A DNA stretch of 64,000 bases from the NCBI RefSeq assembly GCF_006345805.1, contig NC_043002.1, positions 117,676,001-117,740,000 on the forward strand, given 5' to 3'. A program made the position numbers and the translations under genes. The stretch's first letter is position 1. Every line of letters starts with the position of its first letter. Positions 1 through 10,470 of this stretch are shown in pieces. The notes under the pieces were generated by a model. The model worked only from the letters and a program-made list of their open reading frames with translations. It was not told the DNA's origin and ran no database searches. Source of the DNA: Octopus sinensis (Eukaryota).

Positions 1-1370
1 ATATGTTACTTTGGAAACTTAAAGTCACTGAAGATGATGGAGGAGGGTATATTTTGTTGCTATTTCTAGCTCAAACAAATACTGCCCTGTTAGTCTTCTG
101 TCAGTTGTTAGCAAGCTCTTTGAATGGCTCATCAACAACAGGTTAATTAAGTTTCGTGAAAGCTCAGGACCCTTTGTTGATGTTCAGTATGGCTTTCTTT
201 GCTCTCATTTCTACTGTTGATCTTCTGACTGTTTCTACAGACTGTATCAACTAATTCATGGATAAATTAGAAGAGGGCTCTGCTCTAGTTCTTGATATAT
301 TCAAAGGCTTTGATAGAGTTTGGCATGCTGGTTTACTCTAAATCTCTCTACTTATAGTGTATGTGGAAGAGTCTTTGACATTATTAGGTCATTCCTTTCT
401 GGTAGTTGTGTATATGTGACTCTGAACAGTATAATTTCTTCTGAGTATTCTATCAATGTTGGTGTTCCTCAAGACTCTATTCTTGGTCCAACTCTATTTC
501 TCCTCTACATCAATGATCTTCCTGCCAATGTTCTTCACTTCATCAATATTTATGCTGATGACATTACTCTTTATTTTGGTTTTCCCAGCAATCCCTCTCT
601 CTTGAAATGGTTGAAACTTACCAGTAGTCCTCAGGTGTATTTACAGGTTGTTAAGAAATGAGGCAAGAAGTGATTAGTAGCTTTCAACCGTGACAAGACC
701 AAACTCATGTTTATCAGTGGAAAGTGGGATTCTTACCTTCCTTGTATTTATATGAGTTATAGGTCTGAGGTGAGAGAGTCAAACTACTTGAGGAAAGATC
801 TCATTTGAAATTGCTTGGTCTTACTTTTTCACCTTATCTTTCTTGGGGTCTAATGTACAATCAATTGGTAGGTCTACTTCCCATAAGACTAGGTCATTGT
901 ATAAATCAAAGGACTACCTCACATCTGAGGCCATTTTATATCTTTACAAGTCCAGAATTCATCCTAGTATGGAATACTGTTGTCGTATTTGGGTAGATGC
1001 ACCATCTTGTTTCTTGGATCTCATTGACTGGGTTTAGAAGTGAGTCTCTAATTTGACTCTTTTCTCTCTTGCTTCAACTCTGTAATCCATGTCAACATAA
1101 CATCACCAGTCTTAGTCTTTTCTATTGTTGATACAAAAGGTGGTGTCCTGATGAATATTCTCTTTTAATTCCAGATCACTTTATACCATCTCACCTGACT
1201 TGAAACTCACAGCATCTTTTTGTCCAAATGCTATTGTGTTTCCATGGAATCTTTCTACTCTCATAGCCTCTTTCCTTGAACAACCAGACTTTGGAACTCT
1301 CTTCCACCTCATTGTTTTCCTCTTATGATCTGAACTCTTTCGAGTCTAAACTAAATTCATTCCTTATGTC
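1..1370 (+). mobile_element. Degenerate non-LTR retrotransposon (CR1/L2-like) reverse transcriptase and 3' region
   Basis: RT motifs across frameshifted frames: QYGF (~184), KGFDRVWH (~304), GVPQDSILGPTLFLLYINDL and YADD (ORF 320-661), PSMEYCCRIW (ORF 843-1037); many stops. Confidence 0.75.
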
Positions 1371-2895
1371 TTAACTTCTTGTTCATAGTCCTTTACACTA
1401 AATGGCTTGTTGCCTTATTTAGGACTAAGAAGTATTAAAAAAAATTTCACATCTCTTTTCACTGTCACTGATGGAAAGACAACCACTGTAGTTCCAGACA
1501 CCTCCTCAATGATTCATACAGATGCACTGCTTTCCAATTTAGAATACTCCATACCTCTACCTCATGCTGAAGAACATTATCAAATCTATATTCAGCTTCT
1601 TTCTTAGTTAAATATACCCTGTTATCATTTCTTGCTATCTGTATTCTGCTACTTCCAGGTCTTTCACCATTTATAATTCTACTTTATTTATTCCACAACT
1701 ATGTGTCACCTGTTGTTTATCTGAGATCCTGTTCCACCCACAGAATTGGTCAATGTCTTGAAACTGAGTGTTTACCAGGAATTTCATCTGTTCTCTGTAT
1801 TATAGTTCGCTATTACCCCAACCCTCTACTGTAGTAGATGGCATCTTGTGCATTTTGCAAGTTTCTCTTAACATAGATATCTTTTAACTTCCATCCCTTC
1901 CTTCTTTCTTGCTTCCAATTCTTCTGAAGGTTACTAAGTTGACAATATAATAGATTGGTACAAACTATCAATCTATATTAATGACCCTTAAATAGCAGAC
2001 ATCATCAGTTGGTGCTTCAAAAGTTTTACATGTATAAGACCATCATCCATTGATGCCCATGTGTTTACTTCATCAAACACACCCAAGTGTAAGTGGCCTT
2101 TATTGCTAGAAGAAATCTCTTATTATAAAAGGCAGATTTTATCTGCCTCCCTTTGTCAGTTATAGAAATCTACAATATAGGATTTCTTCAATTACAATTT
2201 ACCTAGCATTTTTAAGAGTAGAATGCATCGGATTTTGCCAGGTCCAGTTTTTAAAATTTAAACTCCAATTAAGCAAAATTTACAGAAAACTCACATTCTG
2301 GTGTGTATGTCAAATGCTTTTCTTAGTCTGGTTTACAGCACACGCAAACGCACACACACAGTGTGCAACGAATAAAGTGAAACTAGATGTAATATTTGTT
2401 TCTGTCTATCACGCTGATAGATACATGAGTAAAATGTATGGCAAGCTAACAGATAAGAGTGAGTGAAAATGTTCTTGGAAGAGAGTAAATAGCGACAGAG
2501 TGATTTGAGGAAGACTAAACTGAAAGTATGAAACAGTGTTTATGTATAAACAGACGACACTTATATAAACCCTTTCGTTACCAAACCGCCCGAATTTACC
2601 TATTCATATTTAAATGAGAATATCAGAGTAAATCTCTTTAGTACATTCGTGAAAACACGTATTATACTTCGTAAACACTTCAAATACAGTTTTGTACAAA
2701 AATCGAAGTGTAATTTTAATTCCGTGAATTATGGGAGATTTTTTTCCGAAATTTGTTCCTATTGTGTTTTCAAAATTTGTAATTCTGACAAAAAATGGAT
2801 ACGAATTTCATTATATCAAGCAGCGAGTCAGAATTCGAAGGATTTTCTACTGAAGACCTTCATAAATCTAACTCTATGACTGAAAAAAAAAAGCA

Positions 2896-3290
2896 TCTTT
2901 ATAAAGAGTGAAGTTGTGTGTCTGTCTCCTACGATTTAGATTCGTAACTACTCCCACATTTTGCGGTGCAGTTTAACCAAAAGCAGGTATCTTATAGTCG
3001 TGATTCATATCGAGCCCTTCTGGGTATTAGCGCGCGTCTACGATGAGTCTATGATTTAAAAAAAATTTACCATCATATTTTTCCATTTTAATGCATTTTT
3101 TTCGCTTTTATATAAGGGAAGTAACTCTCTAAAAATATCTACGATGTGTCAACGATTTTAAAAAAAAATTTACCTTAATTTTTTTTCAATTTTTAATGCA
3201 TTTTTTTGCTATTTTTTGGCTATAACTCTCTAAAAATGCTTATATAGTTATTTCCCTTACAACCCGAGCAACGCCGGGCGATACTGCTAG
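2896..3290 (+). mobile_element. Non-autonomous Helitron, copy 1
   Basis: Host A then 5' TC (2896); subterminal hairpin cccgagcaacgccggg; 3' CTAG ending 3290. Confidence 0.6.
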
Positions 3291-3660
3291 TCTCTCTATA
3301 TATAAACAGCAAAATGTCTGCGTGTGCGTGCGTGTCCTTTATACAAATCCACAATTTTTCAGTTAGAGGGCTCACACTTTCTATGGTCATTCAAAACCGT
3401 CCAAGGGTGGTTGTGCACATCTTTACATTTCCCCAGTCACCCCGTAAAGCCATTAAAAAATCAATAGAAGTGACTTTTTTGTGAATTTTCTATCCAAAAC
3501 CCAATCAAAATGCCTGAAATTTGATACGCCAATTGAATGCCAGCTAGCTGTATGTGATTAGTCGAAGATTTGGACAGTACTCGCACGTATGTGCGCACGC
3601 ACGCAGCTGTATATGCTTGCATTAGCACTATGACCCAGCGTTGCCGGGTCATAGTGCTAG
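3291..3660 (+). mobile_element. Non-autonomous Helitron, copy 2 (abutting copy 1)
   Basis: 5' TCtctctatatataaa; 3' hairpin gcactatgaccc-agcgttgcc-gggtcatagtgc overlapping terminal CTAG (3660), followed by T. Confidence 0.65.
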
Positions 3661-4140
3661 TCAAGTCTTAAATGGAAGATTTATACAGCAATGAAGAAGT
3701 TTTTCCTTACTGTTGTTGTCGTCGTTGCCACCACCATCACTGGATGATGATGATGATGTTGTTGTTGTAGATAGCATAGAACAACATTGTGTTCCAACTA
3801 GTTCTTGATCAAAAAGGTGCACTGATTTTTCTCAAGTTACATTCATTTGACAAAAACAATGCACGAATCTCAAATGAATTTATGTTCATGCTGAATAATT
3901 TAGGGTACTTTTCGATAAGGAAATTGTAAATTACTATACTTTCTGTACTTATTTAAAGTGAATTTATAAAGATATAAAAATTACCCTTAAGATAAACAGA
4001 TATTTGTTTGTTGCCTTTTTGACACCTTGATGTAATTTTTTCCTGTTGTTTAAAGGTTAAAAATGTTCAGTCTATTTCTCATCTGTTTTTCTGTCTTGCC
4101 AATTTAGTAGTTTCTTATGGATGTTGATCTGTTCTGTGTG

Positions 4141-4649
4141 CCGTAAATCTTCAAGTATAATCTGCACTTTTTTCCCAAAATTTAAAGGTCAAAATCCCTA
4201 GTGCGTACTATATACGAGGTTAAAAATGGAAAATATTTTCTAAGCAATGTCCGAGTCTCTATTTGCTGTCCGGCAATGTTTATTCAGACGCATTTTGTGA
4301 TGTTGGGCATGAAAATACCTTAAGCTAGCCTGAAAGCAATGAAGAATCATCTATAACTTGCAGTAAGCAACATTTATTAAAATAAAAGTATTCAGAACAC
4401 AGAATAACATGTAACAAAAGCAATTTGCAAACATATTTACATTCCCATATAACAGTTAAGAACATCATTATTGTATTACACATGCACGGAAGTGTTTGTT
4501 TGACTAGGTGCTGCTGGTTTAATTACGCACAATTCAAGTTAGAGAAGGGGTGCGTATTATACACAAGGTTTAGGTTTTTCAGAGGTACAACCGCCTAAAA
4601 ATCCCCTGCATATTATACTCAAGGGCGGACTATACTCGAGGATTTACGG
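4141..4649. mobile_element. pogo/Tc1-mariner-type MITE
   Basis: Imperfect TIRs ccgtaaatcttcaagtataatctgc / gcggactatactcgaggatttacgg; TA on the right flank; no ORF. Confidence 0.55.
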
Positions 4650-4715
4650 TAATCTGATGTTCTTAGTTTTGTCTTTAGAAGTAATAATTTGTATCATTTG
4701 TATTTTGTCTTCCAG

Positions 4716-4889
4716 GAGTATATTTCACCTTACTTTGGCATCAAATCAGCAAGTGAAAGAAGAATGGAAATAATTGAGAACAGTGTTTTAGAGATGCAGA
4801 ACAATATGGTGGAGACCATGAAGAAAGTCCAAGATGTTGTTGATACTATACAACAGCAGCAGCTATTATTAAATGAAGAACTTCTCAAG
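4716..4889 (+). CDS. PEX14: Peroxisomal membrane protein PEX14, internal coding exon (coiled coil after the TM segment)
   Basis: Acceptor ttttgtcttccag, donor aag|gtagcc; 174 nt, phase 0-0; EYISPYFGIKSASERRMEIIENSVLEMQNNMVETMKKVQDVVDTIQQQQLLLNEELLK matches the position and character of the PEX14 coiled-coil exon; upstream exons lie outside the window. Confidence 0.85.
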
Positions 4890-5033
4890 GTAGCCAGTTA
4901 TAAGTATTGTTGTATCAACTTAGAGAAGTTCATAAATTATTATCAAGTATACATAGTTATTTGTTACTGGACAATGTCAGATGTGTGTGTGTGGGTCTGG
5001 GTGGGTGTTTGTGTATATATACACACACAGAGA

Positions 5034-5249
5034 AGGCGGCGAGCTGGCAGAAACGTTAGCACGCCGGGCGAAATGCGTAGCCATATTTCGTCTGCCATTA
5101 CATTCCGAGTTCAAATTCCGCCGAGGTCAACTTTGCCTTTCATCCTTCCAGGGTCGATAAATTAAGTACCAGTTACACACTGGGGTCGATGTAATCGACT
5201 TAATCCGTTTGTCTCCTCTGTGTTTAGCCCCTTGTGGGTAGTAAAGAAA
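5034..5249 (+). mobile_element. tRNA-derived SINE (ggcgagctggcagaa... family); related copies ~24196-24410, 24430-24650, 44570-44740 (+) and 44880-45080, 45930-46090 (-)
   Basis: A-box-like and B-box-like (gagttcaaattcc) motifs; central ggtcaactttgcctttcatcc...gtcgataaattaagtaccag block shared among all copies. Confidence 0.8.
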
Positions 5250-6144
5250 TATATATATACACACACACATACATACACGTGTGTATGCACACACACACAC
5301 ATAGATACCTGCTCTGCATGTCAAGTAAAAATATATCTGAAAAAGGCATAACCATGACTCTATGGTCAACAAGTTCACTATGCAACTACACGGTTTTAGC
5401 AAATGCCTTCTAATACAGCCCCACACCAACATTGAGAGTGAATTTGGTAGATAGGAGCTACATGGAAACCTACCATATAGGTGCAGATGTGGCTGTGTTG
5501 TAAGAAGATTGTTTCCCGGCTACGTGCTTTCCTATTCAGTCCACTGCATGGCACCTTGGGCAAGTGTCTTCTACTATAGTCTCAGGCTGACTAAATGTTT
5601 TCTCTTATTGTTCCTATCGTGGGAATATTATATATTTCCCATACTTTTGTATCTTAAATGCATTTTCAAAATGTAGTTATTTCATTGATTTTTAATAGAC
5701 TTATTGCGTCATATATTAAAAAAATTTAATTTAAATTATGAGGTAAATCTACCATTTAGTAATACAATAATAAAATAAAATGAATAAAATAAGTACTTTC
5801 TGGGAATTTAATAATTCATTTAAGGACTGACTATTACTACCTAGATTAATATGTTTACAGTAGAAGTAAGCTTTTGTTAAACCAAGTCTATAAGCTAATT
5901 CTATTTCACTAAATTTGCCTTGCTAAAATTTACATGTGAATTTTACAAACATCCCTAATGATCTAATGTAGGTGTTTCTATAGAGTCATTCAAACTGCTA
6001 GAAATACCAAAGAAATCTTCAGATCGCACCCAACCATCATTAAAACAAAGGTGGCACAGTTTCTCTAAAACTACATTATCCATTGTCTGAAATTAGAACA
6101 CAGAACTTTAATGAAAATATCGTTTTTTAATTGAATGTCTGTGT

Positions 6145-7302
6145 AAATTGATGTGAAACAGTCTTGTGGAATCAATGAGTCGGGTTTTAAATCACAAAAT
6201 AATGTAAGAATCTGTCATGCATCATCTAAATCAGTGGTTCTCAACCAGATCCATATGACCCCAGGGGCTCCATATAAGATTTTGGGAATCTACACAAGTA
6301 AAATTAGGAATCCACAGTGAAATACTTCTGTCCATGGGAAAATAATTTTGCTTTAGATTTATCTATTGTAAAGAGCAGCTAGATTTCTTTCTCAAATATG
6401 TTACATAGTTCAATCTACACAAGTCAATGTGTGGAAAAAGAAATAGGAATTTTAGAAGAAGTATTTATAACACTAGTTCTTAAACATAAAAAGGCTGTGG
6501 GGCTCCATCATAGTAAAACTGTCTATAGGTAAAAAATGGTTGAGAACCATTGATCTAAGTAATTTTTTTCTTCCTAAGTTGATTTTAAAATAGAAAAAGA
6601 AAAATCATTTGATTAATTTAAACTTATCTTTTACTAAATGTGAAAGTGTGTGGCTTAGTGGCTAGGGTGTTGCACTCAGAATTGCAAGGTCATTGTTTCA
6701 ATTCCTAGTCTAAGCAGTGCATTGCGTTCACTCAGCTGTAAATGAGTAAATCTGAAATGGACTTGCATCCTGTTCAACACCCTAGCCACTAAGCCACACA
6801 CTTTCACATTTAGTAAAAGATAAGTTTAAATTAATCAAATGATTTTTCTTTTTCTATTTTAAAATCAACTTAGGAAGAAAAAAATTACTTAGATCAATGG
6901 TTCTCAACCATTTTTTACCTATAGACAGTTTTACTATGATGGAGCCCCACAGCCTTTTTATGTTTAAGAACTAGTGTTATAAATACTTCTTCTAAAATTC
7001 CTATTTCTTTTTCCACACATTGACTTGTGTAGATTGAACTATGTAACATATTTGAGAAAGAAATCTAGCTGCTCTTTACAATAGATAAATCTAAAGCAAA
7101 ATTATTTTCCCATGGACAGAAGTATTTCACTGTGGATTCCTAATTTTACTTGTGTAGATTCCCAAAATCTTATATGGAGCCCCTGGGGTCATATGGATCT
7201 GGTTGAGAACCACTGATTTAGATGATGCATGACAGATTCTTACATTATTTTGTGATTTAAAACCCGACTCATTGATTCCACAAGACTGTTTCACATCAAT
7301 TT
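6145..7302. repeat. Long inverted duplication: 528-bp arms (6145-6672 / 6775-7302) with a 102-bp spacer
   Basis: Right arm reads as the reverse complement of the left arm; no mismatch noticed by eye. Confidence 0.95.
6232..6552. mobile_element. hAT-type MITE (mirror copy 6895-7215 inside the inverted duplication; diverged relative 50449-50806)
   Basis: TIRs cagtggttctcaacc / ggttgagaaccattg; 8-bp TSD atctaaat / atctaagt. Confidence 0.75.
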
Positions 7303-7772
7303 GTTGTGATCTTGGTTACTTACATGGCATGGAAACTGGGTAACTGGGTCTATGAGCCATAGCACTTGAGACAGTTATCTGTCTCAAGTAATCTTGAGAC
7401 AGTTATCTGTCTCAAGTAATCTTGAGACAGTAATAATTACATTTTGACTATTGGAATTCCCTATGATCTTGTCTTCATCCTTATACATTTACCATAGAAT
7501 AATTGTTTTTAAATGTTGATTTGGTGTGTGATTATATGATAATTTGTAAACTTAAAAAAAAAACGAGATGACAAAAGAATAAACAATTTTTTTATGAACT
7601 TATTAGCTTACAGCTGTTTCTGCTATAAGATGCAGTGTGCTCAGAGCTGAGCTCCTGAGTAACACCTTACAGCTTCACCAGAGTCTCAAACATGAAGTGT
7701 TGTAAACTTATAAAGAATGTATTTGCTCATTAGTGTTTTGTTTCTACATATTGGTGTTTAATCATGTTACAG

Positions 7773-7867
7773 TCAAAATCAAATGGAGCATCTTACCCTC
7801 AGTCAAGTCGGCTTTCCAATGAAATAAAATCTGAGTTGACATCAATTAAAGGTATTCTTCTAAGCAG
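7773..7867 (+). CDS. PEX14: PEX14 penultimate coding exon
   Basis: Acceptor ttacag, donor ag|gtaagc; 95 nt, phase 0-2; SKSNGASYPQSSRLSNEIKSELTSIKGILLS(R) matches the conserved PEX14 E-x-K-S-E-x-x-S-x-K-G-x-L-L-x-R motif. Confidence 0.92.
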
Positions 7868-8224
7868 GTAAGCCATACGATTTGATGATACTTCTGTATT
7901 TTGTCTGCATTTCAGGTTTGTGATAGTTGTTTCTTAGAAATATGAATCTCTGCCATGGCTATAGATTCCTGTACTTAAAGGTTTATTATCATCATCATCA
8001 TCATCATCATCATGATTTAATGTCCACTCTTCCATGCTTTCATGGGTCAGATGGAATTTGTTGAGACAGATTTCCCACAGCCAGATGCCCTCCATCTCAT
8101 CAACCCTCACCTTTTACTTGCATGGTAATATTTCTCGAGATCAGACATTATTTACAAGCATCACATGATGTGAAGACAAGGGTACACACACACACACACA
8201 CACATAATGGGCTTCTTTCAGTTT

Positions 8225-9780
8225 CCATCATCATTATCATCTCTTCATTTAATGTCTGTTTTCCATGCTGGCATGGGTTGGATGGTTTGACTGAAAACTG
8301 GTAAGCTGGGAGCTGCACCAGGTTCCAGTCTGATTCGGCATAGTTTCTATGGCTGGATGCTCTTCCTAACACCAACCACTCCAAGAGTATAGTGGGTGTT
8401 TTTACGTGGCACTGGCATGGGTGCCAGTTATGCAGCACCAGCATTGGCCATGACTACAATCTTACTTGGCTTGACAGGTCTATTGCCAAGAGTCTTGACT
8501 ACTCTATGAGGCCCAAAGTTTGAACAGTGCTTTTTACATGACACTGGTATCAGCCACGACTACAATTTCACTTGGTTTGACAGGACTTCTCAAGCACAGC
8601 ATATCGCTCACCATTTGAGGGTGCTTTTTACATGCCAGTTACATGACGCTGGCATCGACCACGACTATGATTTCACTTGACTTGATGAGTCTTCTCAAGC
8701 ACAGCATATCACCAAAGGTCTTGGTCACTTGTCATTGCCTCCGTGAAGTCCAATGTCTGAAGATCAGGCTTCACCATCTTGTCCCATATCTGCCTGGGTC
8801 TACCTCTTCCACAGGTTCCCTCCACTGTTAGAGTTCAGCACTTCTTCATACAACTGTCCACATGACCATACCAGCACAGTCATCTCTTTTGCACACCACA
8901 TCTGATGCCTCTTATTCCCAACTTTTCTCTCAAGACACTTACACTCTGTCGTACATGCACACTGATATTACCCATCAAGTGGAGCATGCTAACTTAATTT
9001 CACAGCCCATGTTTCACTGCTGTGTTGCATGGCTGTTCGTACACAAGCATCATACAATCTACCTTCTTCTCTGTGAGAGAGGCACTTTGTTACCAAAACA
9101 GGTAGGAGCTCTCTGAACTTTGCTCAGCCTATTCTTATTTTAGCAGCAATGCTCTTGGAGCATCCACCCCAACTATTGACTTGGTCACCTAGGTAACAGA
9201 AGCTATCAACTACTTCTAGTTTACCCCCTGGCATTTGATGGAGTCTACTTTCTATGTTAATTGTACCTGTTCACCTTCTATACAAAATACTATTATCCCT
9301 GTTAACCTTCCTCTGATATTGCTGCACCTCTTATATGTCCATAGTTTATATCGGGTACATCTTATGGAGTCCTACCTACACTTTTACTACAGATTGGGCA
9401 GGGTCATCAACCTGAAGGGATTTATGATTTGTTTGCTCTTTTACTTACTAAGACTTTGGCTTTTGCTAGATTAACTCTAAGGCCTTTTGATTCTAGACCT
9501 TGCTTCCACATCTAAAATTTCTTCTCTCATTCTGGTAGTGATTCGGCTATAAGAACAAGTTCATCAGCATAGAGGAGTTCCTAGGGGTAGCCCCTCTAAA
9601 ATCCCTCTGCTATTGCCTGGAGGACTATGATGAGGACTGATCCATGGTGAACCCTTACTTGTACCCTAAATTCATCGCTATATTCATAGCTAATCTTCAC
9701 CTTACTGACAGCATCCCTGTACACAATTTGTACAGCTATCTAGCTTCTATATTGACCACCCAATATGCCTTTAGAGGTAT
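8225..9780 (-). mobile_element. 5'-truncated RTE-type LINE with 3' UTR and (GAT)n tail
   Basis: Minus strand gives KFRELLPVLVTK..GRLYDACVRTAM..SETW and RGRPRQIW; continues into the repeat-bearing 3' UTR and (cat)n run on +. Confidence 0.65.
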
Positions 9781-9804
9781 TAGGATATATATATATATAT
9801 TACC

Positions 9805-10038
9805 AGTGCCGGTGGCACATAAGAGAACCATCTGAACGTGGCCGTTGCCAGTGCCGCCCCGACTGGCCTCCATGCCGGTGGCACGTAAAAAGCATCCACT
9901 ACACTCACGGAGTGGTTGGCGTTAGGAAGGGCATCCAGCTGTAGAAACATTGCCCGATCAGGCTGGGCCCGGTGCAGCCTTCTGGCTTCCCAGACCCCAG
10001 TTGAACCGTCCAACCCATGCTAGCATGGAAAGCGGACG
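9805..10038 (+). mobile_element. (GAT)n-tailed retroposon (3' UTR of the RTE family or partner SINE); other copies ~10500-10635(-), 13100-13565, 16056-16440, 17030-17285, 33350-33535, 52570-53000(-), 60550-60720(-), 62750-63150(-)
   Basis: Shared gtggttggcgttaggaagggcatccagctgtagaaac...ccaacccatgctagcatggaaagcggacgctaaacgatgatgat sequence. Confidence 0.85.
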
Positions 10039-10099
10039 CTAAACGATGATGATGATGATATATATACACATTAGGAATGTGTCATGAATAAATATTCAG

Positions 10100-10470
10100 A
10101 GTAAACAATAGGCATTAATGAAGTGGAAAAGTTTAAGGATCTCAAGATGGTACTCACGAGTGATGAGAGGCAGGAAGCAGAATTGGATGCTAGAATTGCA
10201 GGTACTAGGATTGAAAGGTCACAGCTTCGATGCTATGGACGTGTGATTGGAATGTCACAGGAAAGTATTACATGACAGTTTTTAAGACAGACCAACTAGT
10301 AGGAGACCTAGGGGTAGATCAAGAATGAGCTGTTTGGATAATATCCATAGTCTCAGTTCGTTGTGCTTGGGAATCCAACTGGAAAGTCCAATGGTAGTTG
10401 CTTCTGATAAGACCCTATGGAAGAGCTGTCAGAAGACTCTACCCTTACAACCCTCCTAGGAACAGTGGGT
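10100..10470 (+). mobile_element. Degenerate RTE LINE C-terminal fragment
   Basis: VEKFK...ELDARI, QLR(C)YG and RRPRGRSR-like translations with stops and frameshifts. Confidence 0.5.

Noticed and set aside
4890-5165. 3' half of ORF 4689-5165
   Set aside because: Read-through past the PEX14 donor into intron and SINE sequence
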